Shown here one piece after another: positions 10,095 through 20,155 of a stretch of 64,000 bases of DNA. A program made the translations under genes and the position numbers. Under the pieces are notes generated by a model. That model saw nothing but the letters and a program-made list of their open reading frames with translations. It did not search any database and was not told the DNA's origin. The DNA is from an uncultured Chloroflexia bacterium (GTDB lineage Bacteria > Chloroflexota > Anaerolineae > B4-G1 > SLSP01). The DNA lies in contig CAVVUS010000049.1 in NCBI GenBank assembly GCA_963751345.1, positions 1 to 64,000 of the forward strand, given 5' to 3'. Each line of letters opens with the position of its first letter. Position 1 is the stretch's first letter.

Positions 10095-11582
10095 ATGGCC
10101 AAGCTGACGATCAACCTGAACGACACCATCGGCGTCATCAATCCGAATATCTACGGACACTTTGCCGAGCATCTCGGTCGGTGTATCTACGAGGGAATCT
10201 GGGTCGGGGAGGACTCGGAGATCCCCAATACCGGCGGCATCCGCAACGACGTTATCGCTGCCCTCAAGAAGATCAAGCCCCCCGTGATCCGGTGGCCCGG
10301 CGGCTGCTTTGCCGACGACTACCACTGGCAGGACGGCGTCGGGCCTCGCGAGGCGCGTCCCCACCGCGTCAACATCCACTGGGGCGAGGTGCCCGAGACG
10401 AACGCCTTTGGCACGCAGGAGTTCATCCGCTTCTGCCGGATGGTGGGGGCAGAGCCCTACATCGTCGGCAACGTGGGCTCCGGCACCGTGCGCGAGATCC
10501 GCGAATGGGTGGAGTACTGCAACTACGACGGCGACAGCGCCCTGTCCCGGCAGCGCGCAGCCGATGGCAGCCCGGCGCCGCTTGACGTGACCTACTGGGG
10601 TGTCGGAAACGAGAACTGGGGGTGCGGTGGCAGCTTCTCGCCGGAGGACTATGGCACCGAGTTCCGGCGCTATGCGACCTTCGTGCGAGGCTTCGGCAAA
10701 CAGCTCTATGTCATTGCCTGCGGTCCCTCAGGGAATGATGTCGAGTGGACGGTACGTTTCTTCCGAAAGCTCAAGAAGGACTATTGGGATTTCCGGAACA
10801 TCCACGGCTTCGCCGCCCACTACTACTGCGGGACGGCAGGCACGGCGACGGAGTATACGGAGGATCAGTGGTACGAACTGATCTGGAAGGGCCTGCGGAT
10901 GGAGCCTCTCGTCGTCCAGCAGCGGGCCGCGATGGATGCCTACGATCCGCAGCGGAAGATCGGGCTCATCGTGGACGAGTGGGGCACCTGGCATCCGGCG
11001 GAACCGGGGCGCAATCCGCGTTTCCTGTACCAGCAGAACACGCTGCGCGACGCTCTGGTCGCCGCCACCAGCCTCGATATCTTCAACCGGCATGCCGACA
11101 AGGTCGTGATGGCGAACATCGCACAGACGATCAATGTCCTGCAGGCGATGGTGCTGACCGACGGCGCCAATATGCTGACGACGCCCACGGGCTACGTCTA
11201 CGAGATGTATGTCCCCCACCAAGGTGGAACGGCAGTGCGAACATCGATCGAGTCCGAGTCGGTCACGTTCAGGGCGCACGACGGCGAGGATGACCTGCCG
11301 CTGGTGTCGGGGAGCGCGTCGGTCAAGGGCAAGACATTGTTCGTGACATTGACCAATAGCCACGCGACAGACGCCATGGAAGTGGCCGTTGACCTGCTGG
11401 GCGGTGCTTCGGCCACGGGTGCAGCGGCCCGAGCGCTCTCCGGCGAGATTCATGCCCACAATACCTTCGATGCGCCCGAGGCCCTCGTGCCCTCGCCGAT
11501 GGATGTCAGGGCGGAGGGTGGCACGATGACACTCACGTTGCCGGCTGCGTCGGTGGTGGCTGTGACGGTGAACCTGGCCTGA
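10095..11582 (+). CDS. abfA: Alpha-L-arabinofuranosidase, GH51
   Basis: IYGHFAEHLGRCIYEG, RWPGGCFAD, WGVGNENWGCGG, IVDEWGTW, MANIAQTINVLQA. Confidence 0.92.
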   Translation: MAKLTINLNDTIGVINPNIYGHFAEHLGRCIYEGIWVGEDSEIPNTGGIRNDVIAALKKIKPPVIRWPGGCFADDYHWQDGVGPREARPHRVNIHWGEVPETNAFGTQEFIRFCRMVGAEPYIVGNVGSGTVREIREWVEYCNYDGDSALSRQRAADGSPAPLDVTYWGVGNENWGCGGSFSPEDYGTEFRRYATFVRGFGKQLYVIACGPSGNDVEWTVRFFRKLKKDYWDFRNIHGFAAHYYCGTAGTATEYTEDQWYELIWKGLRMEPLVVQQRAAMDAYDPQRKIGLIVDEWGTWHPAEPGRNPRFLYQQNTLRDALVAATSLDIFNRHADKVVMANIAQTINVLQAMVLTDGANMLTTPTGYVYEMYVPHQGGTAVRTSIESESVTFRAHDGEDDLPLVSGSASVKGKTLFVTLTNSHATDAMEVAVDLLGGASATGAAARALSGEIHAHNTFDAPEALVPSPMDVRAEGGTMTLTLPAASVVAVTVNLA

Positions 11583-11687
11583 CCACTGACGATCCCGCAA
11601 CTGCAGGTTGCTCAAGCTGACGCGTGATCCGGAGGTGGGGTCGGCCGTCTGATCAATCGTCACTTGTCACGCAGGATAGGAGGCATA

Positions 11688-12977
11688 ATGCAACACGATA
11701 ACAACGGCACATCGCCCCGCGTCTACGACGTCATCGTCGCGGGCGGGGGGCCGGCGGGCATGGGCGCGGCGCTTGCGGCTGCGATGAACGGCGCGAAGAC
11801 GCTGTTGTTGGAGGCACAGAGCTTCTTCGGCGGCGTGGCCGCGATCGCGCCGTGGATGCCGGTCAACCGCGTTATGCTCGAAGGCGGGCAGCGGGGCGGT
11901 GTCCACGATCTCTTTGCGAACAAGATCCTGGCGCTTGGCGCGGACGCGTCGATTCCCGGCAGGACGAATATGATCGACGGGGACGGGCTCAACATCCATC
12001 CGGACTACCTGCGCCTCGCCTGCTTCGAGCTGCTGGAGGAGCAGGGGTGTGCCTACCGGCTCTATAGCCCGGTCACGGGTGTCCTGATGGATGGCGCGAC
12101 CGTTCGAGGTGTCGTTGTGACCGGCAAGCGCGGACCTGAGAGCTTTGCTGCCGACGTCGTCGTGGATGCCACGGGCGATGGCGACGTCGCCTACTACGCG
12201 GGCGCCGAGATGGTACAGGGCCGCGAGGAGGATGGGCGTTCGATGCCCGTCAGCCTGGTCTTTGCATTGGCCAACGCCGACGTCGACCGGTTCTTCGCGT
12301 TTCTGGAGGAAGATCGGTCACGGCTCAATGCGCTGCTGGACGAGGCGGCTGCTGACGGCTATGCGGTGGCGGCCTGGTACAGCTACAACCGGACGACGGT
12401 CCCCGGCGTGATCGGGGTCAACAATGGCGCGCTCCGCGATATGGGCAACATCGACGGCACGAGCGCGGAGGATCTGACGGTCGCCGAGCGGCAGGGCATT
12501 CGAGTCGCCACAGACTTCGTCCGTTTGGCACGCGCGAAGCAGATTCCGGGGTTAGAGGCATGCTTCCTGATGCGCGTCGGCGCGCACGTTGGCGTCCGCG
12601 ACACGCGACGCATCGTGGGCGACTATGTGGTCACCGTGGAGGATGCACGCTCGGGCGCCGAGTTCGACGATGTGGTGGCGCGCAAGTACGGGGCGATCGA
12701 CGCGAACCAGCTTTTCATTGGCGAGATGGCCTCCGGTTTTGCATATCCGTACCGAAGCATGCTCCCCAGGGGCGTCGAGGGCCTGCTGGTCGCCGGGCGC
12801 TGTGGATCCGCGACGTTCCTGGGCCACGCGGCAGGCAAGAGCATGGGCAATATGATGGCGCTCGGCCAGGCGGCCGGTACCGCAGCCGCGCTCTGCAGTG
12901 CGGAAGGCGTTACCCCGCGGCAGTTGGACGTGGCGCGGCTGCAGGCCGTGCTGCGCGGAATGGGTGCGAAGCTCTGA
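11688..12977 (+). CDS. FAD-dependent oxidoreductase (PF12831-like)
   Basis: DVIVAGGGPAG, VDATGDGD, VGVRDTRRI, PYRSMLP, GQAAGTAAAL. Confidence 0.85.
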   Translation: MQHDNNGTSPRVYDVIVAGGGPAGMGAALAAAMNGAKTLLLEAQSFFGGVAAIAPWMPVNRVMLEGGQRGGVHDLFANKILALGADASIPGRTNMIDGDGLNIHPDYLRLACFELLEEQGCAYRLYSPVTGVLMDGATVRGVVVTGKRGPESFAADVVVDATGDGDVAYYAGAEMVQGREEDGRSMPVSLVFALANADVDRFFAFLEEDRSRLNALLDEAAADGYAVAAWYSYNRTTVPGVIGVNNGALRDMGNIDGTSAEDLTVAERQGIRVATDFVRLARAKQIPGLEACFLMRVGAHVGVRDTRRIVGDYVVTVEDARSGAEFDDVVARKYGAIDANQLFIGEMASGFAYPYRSMLPRGVEGLLVAGRCGSATFLGHAAGKSMGNMMALGQAAGTAAALCSAEGVTPRQLDVARLQAVLRGMGAKL

Positions 12978-12985
12978 GAGGGGAT

Positions 12986-13087
12986 AAGGGACAGCGGATT
13001 GGTGCCAATCCCTGTCCCTTCTGTGTTTGAGAACCGCGGAAACCTTCCGGGGTGCTCACGCCCTCTGCGGCGCGCAGCCCGGAAGGT
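12986..13087. repeat. Intergenic hairpins (possible terminator/REP)
   Basis: AAGGGACAGcGGATTGG-tg-CCAATCCCTGTCCCTT stem, then ACCTTCCGGG...CCCGGAAGGT. Confidence 0.55.
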
Positions 13088-13107
13088 AAAGACACCAGGG
13101 AGGAACT

Positions 13108-13968
13108 ATGCACACGTTCGAAACCCTCACCGTGCCCGAGGGGCACATCGGCATTCACTGGTTTGGCCAGAACTCGTTCGCTTTGAAGGATGCTGCCGGC
13201 ACGATCGTCTTCACCGATCCCTACTTCCCGCACAATCGCCCGCCCGAGCGCTTTATTCGGCCTGTGCCGCCGCTGAACGAGGCCGAACTCCCTACAGACT
13301 TCGTCCTGCTGACCCACGATCACGGAGATCACACGTGCATCGAGTCGCTGCTGCGCATCCGTGAGGGCAATCCAGGCGTGCAGATCGTGGGGCCTGTCGA
13401 GAGTATCGCGCGGGCGAGCGCCGCGGGCTTTGCTGGCGAGGCGCTTGCCGTCATCGAGTCAGGCTCGTCGATGATCCTGGGGTCGATGACCGTGTCGGCC
13501 TTCTGGTCGAAGCCACCGGAGGGCGCGCCCGAGGACGGCATCCCGAAGCCGGACGTCCAGCACCTGGGCTACGTGGTCGACGCCGGCGGCGTGAAGGTCT
13601 ACGTGACCGGCGACCTGATCAACACCTTTGGCGACCACGATGAACTGATCGCGCCGGTCGCGGCGCTCCAGCCCGACCTCGCCCTGATCACGATGCACCC
13701 TACCGAGGGGGAGTTTCCTTACTTCGAAGGCGCTGTGAAGATGGCGCAGAAGCTTGGCGTGAAGGCCGTCGTGCCCGCGCACTACGAGTGCTTCGCCAAG
13801 CGGACGTACGATCCTCACGCCTTCGCCGCGCTTCTGCCCGAGGAGGGGCCCGAGGCCCTGATCATCCCGTACGACAGCGCGGTCGTGTACCCGATAGTAG
13901 ATGAGACGGTGCCGGGGATCTTTCTGAAGTCCCCGGCACCGGAAGGCAGTACCCGCGTCCGTGGGTGA
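13108..13968 (+). CDS. Metallo-beta-lactamase-fold hydrolase (UlaG-like)
   Basis: WFGQNSF, TDPYF, THDHGDH, YVTGD, VPAHY. Confidence 0.85.
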   Translation: MHTFETLTVPEGHIGIHWFGQNSFALKDAAGTIVFTDPYFPHNRPPERFIRPVPPLNEAELPTDFVLLTHDHGDHTCIESLLRIREGNPGVQIVGPVESIARASAAGFAGEALAVIESGSSMILGSMTVSAFWSKPPEGAPEDGIPKPDVQHLGYVVDAGGVKVYVTGDLINTFGDHDELIAPVAALQPDLALITMHPTEGEFPYFEGAVKMAQKLGVKAVVPAHYECFAKRTYDPHAFAALLPEEGPEALIIPYDSAVVYPIVDETVPGIFLKSPAPEGSTRVRG

Positions 13969-14011
13969 CTTGTCTTCAAGTGCCAGGGACTGCGGAAAGT
14001 CCCCGGCACCG
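13907..14011. repeat. Two REP-like hairpins (GGTGCCGGGGA...TCCCCGGCACC family); the first lies inside the MBL CDS tail
   Basis: CGGTGCCGGGGA-tctttctgaag-TCCCCGGCACCG and GTGCCAGGGACT...AGTCCCCGGCAC. Confidence 0.75.
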
Positions 14012-14019
14012 CGGATCTT

Positions 14020-15615
14020 CTACGGCTCCTCCGTCTCCACGAGTGGGGCAATGTCGAGCAGTGTCTCCTGGCCGAATGGCGTGCCCGGCGCAACGCCGTC
14101 AACGCGGACGAGCGTCCCCAGGGGGGCCCAGTTATAGAGCGCCTCAGCGTCACCCACGTCGAGGATGATGCAGCCATACGACGCGGGCCAGCCCAGCACA
14201 TAGGGCGAGAGTCGGGCGCCGTAGGACGTAATGGGCAGTTCGTGGATGCCGTTGAAGAAGCCGTCACCTTCTTCATAGAAGGCCATGAAGTAGGGCATGT
14301 CGAGCGACCACCGCTGGGCGAAGGCCATATCCTCTTTGAACAGGACCTCGAACTGTCCCGCCAGCGTGGGCGTCGTGGAGATCCCGCTAGAGACCGAGAA
14401 CGTGAAGACCTGGGCCTCATTCTCGTAGGCCCTGAGTGTCTGTGTTGGGAGATCGATCTCGATCCGCTTGCCCTCCACCAAAGGATGAGGAAAGAGCACG
14501 TCGATCGACGGGATGGTCAGCACCTGTCCCACATCGATCTGGCCCGGGTCTACGTCGGGGTTAGCTTGCTCGAGCTGCCATTGCGGAAAGCCATGGAGGT
14601 AGGCGATGTCGTAGAAAGTGTCGCCGGACTGGACCACGTACGGCATCGCCGGGTGGCGCACGAGGGCCGCCGCCCGGTGGGTCGGTGTGCGCAGCGCCTC
14701 GACCACCCGCGCGGTGGTCCCGTCAACGTCGAGTGTGCGCTCCTCCCCAAGCTGCGGACTCACTGTCTCCACCCAATCGCGCACGGCCCAGACGTCCACA
14801 TTGAGTTGCATCTCGTCTCCCTGCCAAATCGGCCGCAACCAACTGCCGATGCTTTGGGGGTCGGCGGCGAACTCTCTGCGGAAGCTGCCGAGATCCGGAT
14901 CACCTGTGAGCGGATCATCGACGATCAGGACAAAGGGCTCACTGAGCAGCGCCGTAGCCTGCCCCAGGGCCGGTTCGGCCGTGGGGACCTGCGGGAGGAG
15001 GGGGTCGGGCGTGAGCTCGACACTTGTGGCGGCCCCGGCTATGGCGTCGAGGATCTTGGCTGTGGCTGCGTCGACGTCCAGCTGTCGGCCGTCTTGTGCC
15101 GGTGTGGCAGAGATCCGGCCGCCTGCGATGGAGAGGGTAGCGTCCTGTGGCAAAGCGGCGACTTCCGCGGCGATGTCCTCGGCGTACCCACGGGCCAAAC
15201 CCGGATCGGCCGGAATGATCGGAAGGGCCACGGTGGCGCGAACCGGCCACAGTGCCCTGGAGAACCCGAGCCACCACGGGCGGTCGCGCCCTATGTCGAG
15301 AGCGGCCTGAACCGCGACATCGATGTCATATGAGAGCCCTAAGTTCGACCACTTCAACTGCCACGTGTCATCGCCGACCTGGATGGTCAGCGGTCGCTGG
15401 TCGGGCGAGGTGATTCCCGCCGCCAGCCTGGCCTGCGCGGCCCCACGCGTCAGACCGCCTAGATCGATTGCGCCGCCCGGCGCATCGGCAGTGACGACGA
15501 AGACGCCCGGGAAGATGCGCGTGCGATAATGGTCGCTGGTGACCAACGCCGCGGCGACTGTGCCGAGGATGGCCAGAACCAGCAAGGCTGACGCTACGAT
15601 ACGAAGTGTCCGCAT
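14020..15615 (-). CDS. L,D-transpeptidase with PG-binding (VanW-like), LysM and YkuD domains
   Basis: N-terminal TM, YVVQSGDTFYDIA LysM, RIEIDLPTQTL, GIHELP...SYGCI catalytic His/Cys. Confidence 0.88.
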   Translation of the reverse strand: MRTLRIVASALLVLAILGTVAAALVTSDHYRTRIFPGVFVVTADAPGGAIDLGGLTRGAAQARLAAGITSPDQRPLTIQVGDDTWQLKWSNLGLSYDIDVAVQAALDIGRDRPWWLGFSRALWPVRATVALPIIPADPGLARGYAEDIAAEVAALPQDATLSIAGGRISATPAQDGRQLDVDAATAKILDAIAGAATSVELTPDPLLPQVPTAEPALGQATALLSEPFVLIVDDPLTGDPDLGSFRREFAADPQSIGSWLRPIWQGDEMQLNVDVWAVRDWVETVSPQLGEERTLDVDGTTARVVEALRTPTHRAAALVRHPAMPYVVQSGDTFYDIAYLHGFPQWQLEQANPDVDPGQIDVGQVLTIPSIDVLFPHPLVEGKRIEIDLPTQTLRAYENEAQVFTFSVSSGISTTPTLAGQFEVLFKEDMAFAQRWSLDMPYFMAFYEEGDGFFNGIHELPITSYGARLSPYVLGWPASYGCIILDVGDAEALYNWAPLGTLVRVDGVAPGTPFGQETLLDIAPLVETEEP

Positions 15616-15684
15616 GATCTCTCCTACACGCCCTGTCGGGAATCTACGGATATTGTACCGGGTTCGTGCTCCCGCGGGGCACTC

Positions 15685-15719
15685 AGCCTTGCGAAGGTTT
15701 CCGAAACCTTCGCAAGGCT
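15685..15719. repeat. REP-like hairpin (CCTTGCGAAGG family)
   Basis: 17-bp stem AGCCTTGCGAAGGTTTC-c-GAAACCTTCGCAAGGCT. Confidence 0.8.
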
Positions 15720-15732
15720 ACCGATATCGTCG

Positions 15733-18070
15733 TCACGCTGCGACCTCCAGGGTCACCTCGGCCGCCTCGAGGCCATCTGCTTGGGCGCGTAGCGTGATGT
15801 TGCCGGGCACGCCGTTGGTCTTCACAACGACCAGGCAACGGCCATGGAAAGCGTGGCGCTCGTTGCCCCGGTAGCGTTCCTCGCTGGCCGGGTTTGCATT
15901 GCCGATGGCTGCAAGCGTGCCCTCGCCTGCAACTGTGAAGTAGATGGCCGGGCTGGCCGCGGGATGGACGCGCCCCATAGCGTCGATGACCTCGACGGTC
16001 ACGAAGCTGAGGTCATCGGGCCGCGCCTCGAGCACATCGCGGTCCGGTACCAGGCGGATGCCGACCGGTACGTCGACGCTCTCGAGCTGCCACATCGCCA
16101 CTTTCTCGCCGCCCGTGAAGCCTACGGCCTCCAGCGTGCCCGGTTCATAGGGCACCTCGAAGCTGGCGATGAATCGTGACTCGCGACCTGCAGGCTTTGA
16201 CCCGAGGGATCTGCCGTTCAGGCGCAACTCGACCATGTCGCAGGCTGAGTAGACGTCGACCTTGAGGACCTCTCCCTCGTGGCCTGGCCAGGTCCAGTTC
16301 CCCCATGCCTCCGGCCAGCCCCAGTAGGTCAGTTTCGGCGTCTTGCCCGCGGGGTGGAGGCCGATATCGTGGACGACGATGTACAGGCTGCTGCCGGTGC
16401 CCCATAGGATGTCGCGGTAGTGTGATTGCGGGCGTTTGAAGCCGCAGAGGTCCAAGTCACCGCAGTTGGCCTGGTTCCAGGGATACTCCCCCAGGAAATG
16501 GGTCAATGGTTCCTCATAGTGGAGGCGTCCGATGCCGGCCTCGCCCAGGTAATCGAGCGAGGTCCACACGAAGTCGCCGATCACGTACGGGAGTTCCTCC
16601 GACCGCCGTCCAATGCTCCAGCGCCTCGCCTGCGGTCGACTCGGTGCCGACCATCACGCGGTCGGGGTGCCGCTCGTGGTCCGACCGGTAATGGCGCTCC
16701 TGGTAGTTGTAGCCGCAGACGTCGAGCGCCGCGAAGACCGGGTCGGTCTCGAGCCAGTCGTTCTCGCGCCCGGCGCCGAGGCCGTTGACCGCCGCGGTCA
16801 CGGGCCGTGTCGGGTCGAGCTCGCGGACGCGGCCGGCCAGCTTACGCGCCCACGCCGCGCCGTCCGAGCTGCCGCTGCGCTCACCTACCTCGTTTCCGAT
16901 GGACCACATAATGACGCTTGGGTGGCTGCGGTCACGAAGGACCATGCTGTCGAGGTCGCGCTGCCACCAGTCGGAGAAGGCCACGTGGTAGTCGTAAGGG
17001 TTCTTGCCCTCGCGCCAGCAGTCGAAGGCCTCGTCGATCACGAGCATACCAATGCGGTCGCACGCATCGAGAAAGGCGGGCGCCGGCGGGTTGTGAGCGC
17101 AGCGAATCGCGTTGAAGCCGCTGGCCTTGAGCACCTCCACCTTGCGCTCCTCTGACCGGTCATAGGAGGCCGCACCCATTACGCCGTCGTCGTGATGCAC
17201 GCAGCCGCCGCGCAGCAGCGTCGGTTCGCCGTTGAGCAGAAAGCCCCTGGATGCGTCAAACTCGAGCGAACGGATCCCGAAGGGTGTGGTTGCCGCGTCA
17301 ACGAGGCCCATCTCCTCCCCACCGACGACCTCGGTCTCCAGGTCGTAGAGATCCGGGGCATCTGGGCTCCAGAGTCGTGGCGCCTCTAGCGTTAGCTCCT
17401 GGATGAAACTCTGCTGTTGTCCGGCTTCGAGCGAGGCCGTCGCTTCAGTACTCGCCACGACGATACCCTCGGGCGTCACTACGTGTGAAAGGAGTGTCAC
17501 CATCCGTGCTTCCGGGCCATCGTTCACCAACGTGGTCTCGACCTTGACGACGGCCCTCTCCGCCGACACCTTGGGCGTGGTGACGAAGACGCCCCACGGC
17601 GCCACATGCACCGGCTCCGCGACCATCAGCCAGACGTGACGGTAGATGCCGGATCCCGAATACCAGCGGCTGTTGAGCTGCGCGCCATTATCTACGCTGA
17701 CCTGGAGCACGTTCTCTCCGTCGAGCTCGAGATAGGGCGTGAGATCGTAGTGGAACGACGTATAGCCGTAGGGGTGGCGGCCGAGGAGGTTGCCGTTGAG
17801 CCAGACCTCGGCGTTCATGTAGACCCCTTCGAACTCAATGAAGACCTTTTTCCCGACCCACGTCTCCGGTGCATCGAATGTCTTGCGATACCAACCGGTG
17901 CCCATCTGGAAGTAGCCACCCGGAGCCTGGCTGGGGGCGTCCGGCTTGCGGTCGAGCTCGATCGACCAGTCGTGGGGCAGATCGAGCAAGCGCCAGACCG
18001 AATCATCCACCTCCCGCCGGGGCCTGCCCAGGTGGAAGAGCCACTCGCGATCAAAGTTTTGCCTTTGCAT
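15733..18070 (-). CDS. GH2 beta-galactosidase-like (frameshift near 16595)
   Basis: LPHDWSIE, FEGVYMN, RWYSGSGIYRHV, GFNAIRCAHNP, WSIGNE, then GDFVWTSLDYLGE in ORF 15733..16584. Confidence 0.9.
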
Positions 18071-18180
18071 ATGTCCCTCCCTCAAGACAAAGAGTGAAGT
18101 ATGTAGAATGGAGAATCAGGAATCGGCGAATGCCGAACCGGCAACTGATAGCCAAGAACCGAGAACGGGTAAAGCGCGCA

Positions 18181-19313
18181 CTATTCGAGCGCGTGCAGGA
18201 AGGCTTCCGCACGCTCGGGATCGCGGAATTCGCCTTCGGCCTGCTCGATGACGAAGAGAAAGCCCTTGCCGCCCAGTGCGTCGACGATGGCCTTAGCGCC
18301 CTCGGGGCTGACGAAGACCTGGCAGAGCTTGCCGCCGTCACGGATGCGCTTGAGCAGGGGCAGCCATTCGTGGGGCGGCGGCGCGCCGTCGCCGGGTATC
18401 CACTGGATGCCGCGGAGGCGGTCGATCGAAAGCAGCAGGTCGAGGTGTGGGATCTCGCCTTTGCCGTCCAGGTGATAGAAGGCATGGTCGAGGTGGTCGC
18501 AGCAAGCGATAAGGTCGGGCATCACGAAGCGCGCGTACATCGCCGGCGAGATCATGTAGGAGAAGTCGCACTGCAGCATGTAGGTCTTTCCCGGCGACCA
18601 GAGCGGCGTCCAGCAGGTCGTGCCCCGGCAGGCCGGTCGAATGATGGCGTCCAACTCGTCATAGTAGCGCAGCCACAGTCGTGTGATCTCCCCGACGAGG
18701 CGCTCAACCTCCGCCGGATGGTCGATGACCTCGTAGAGCAGTCGCTGGGTGTCCCTAAGCGAGGCCAGGATGTCGAGGTTGCCGCCCAGATCGGTCAACC
18801 CTACGGCGAGTCGGCCCTCCCACCTCTCAACGGCGGCCGCGGTCAGGGCCTGCACCCGACGCCACCAGACGTTGTCGGGGTCATAGGCCACGTGTAGATC
18901 ATCGATCGGCACCTCCTCCGCCGGCGTACCCCGCCTGGGGGGCGTACCCCGCTTGCGGGGCGTACCCGCTTGGGGGGCGTGAACCAGACCGTCTCTGAGG
19001 GATCGGCCACGCTGTGGACTTCGCCACCTAGGAACCCGGCCATGATGCCCGGCCCGAAGTTCATCCACCAGGCGGGGAAGGCGTCGCCGTAGTAGTGGGT
19101 CGCGGCGAGGAGTGGCTCCACGCTGTCGACGACCGCCTCGGCCGGGAGATCGAGCGGGTAGTTGCTCGCGAATTCATAGGGCCTGTCTGACGGCACCGGG
19201 TCGGTCGAGCTCAGGTAGACCAGAGGACGATCGAGCTCGCCGGCCCACCACGCGAGCGTGTCACGCTCGACGCGATCCCAATCGGCTTCGGTGAAGTTCA
19301 GGTGTGGCATCAT
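18181..19313 (-). CDS. Uroporphyrinogen-decarboxylase/methyltransferase-like TIM barrel (frameshift in internal tandem repeat)
   Basis: NFGPGIMAGFLG, TDLGGNLD, LQCDFSYMISP, YHLDG, IQWIPG across ORFs 18843..19331 and 18181..19068. Confidence 0.75.
18923..18980. repeat. Three tandem 18/18/17-bp palindromic units inside the CDS
   Basis: GGCGTACCCCGCCTGGGG, GGCGTACCCCGCTTGCGG, GGCGTACCCGCTTGGGG. Confidence 0.85.
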
Positions 19314-19317
19314 TGAC

Positions 19318-19998
19318 CTACAGAACGCCATAGGTATCGTAGACCTCGCGCAGGCTCTTGCCCTCCAGCAACCCTTGGCGCGAGAGGGACTCCTTGCCGA
19401 CCTTCTCGCCGGCCAAGCGAAGTACCTCCTCCTCGATCGACTGTGGGATCACGACGATACCGTCAAAGTCGGCAAAGACGAGATCGCGCGGCTGAACCAA
19501 GACGTCGCCGCATCGCACCGGCACGTCGTAGGCCATCACTTTCCCGCGCCCCATAGAGTCGAGAGGGCGGACGCCTGCATAGTAGACCGGGAAACCCATC
19601 TCGACAATGCGGACGCAGTCGCGGATCTGGCTGTCGCAGACGCAGCCCGCAACGCCCTTGGCCTTGGCCAGGGTCGACATCAACTCGCCCCACGGCGCGT
19701 TGGTTCCGGCGAAGTCGGTTGAGTGTACCACGACGTCGCCGGAACCAAGCGAATCCATCGCCTCGATCTCCAGCCCGTAGGGATCGGCCTCGTTGACGTA
19801 GTCGATCTGCATCCATTTGAAGGTCCGCGCCCGGCCTACGAATCCGCAGGCACGGATATCGGGCAGCAGCGGCCGCAGTCGCTGGTGCATCGCCTGCTCC
19901 CTGTACCCTAACGAATCCAGGATGTCACAAACCGCCGCGACGTAGAGGTTGTCGCGGACGAAGGCGAAGATGGCGGAATCGGTACCTAACTCGGACAT
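19318..19998 (-). CDS. RraA family / HMG-CHA aldolase-like protein
   Basis: AVCDILD, GRART, APWGELMS, IRD, DLVFADFDGIVVIP. Confidence 0.85.
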   Translation of the reverse strand: MSELGTDSAIFAFVRDNLYVAAVCDILDSLGYREQAMHQRLRPLLPDIRACGFVGRARTFKWMQIDYVNEADPYGLEIEAMDSLGSGDVVVHSTDFAGTNAPWGELMSTLAKAKGVAGCVCDSQIRDCVRIVEMGFPVYYAGVRPLDSMGRGKVMAYDVPVRCGDVLVQPRDLVFADFDGIVVIPQSIEEEVLRLAGEKVGKESLSRQGLLEGKSLREVYDTYGVL

Positions 19999-20010
19999 GG
20001 TCTCTCCTGT

Positions 20011-20155
20011 GAGAATCTGAGAATCGGAGAACAAAGAATGCAAGAATAGAGAATGCAAGAGTAGAGAATCAAAGGATCAGAGAATAGAGATTGGGGGCTC
20101 AACACTCTGCCATTCTGTATTCTCTGATTCTCCATTTCTGCATTCTTCACTTCTG
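20011..20155. repeat. Heptamer-like short tandem repeats in an inverted arrangement
   Basis: ~10 AGAAT-core units (20011-20090) followed by ATTCT-core units (20104-20155); similar tracts at ~18100-18150 and 22321-22362. Confidence 0.75.
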
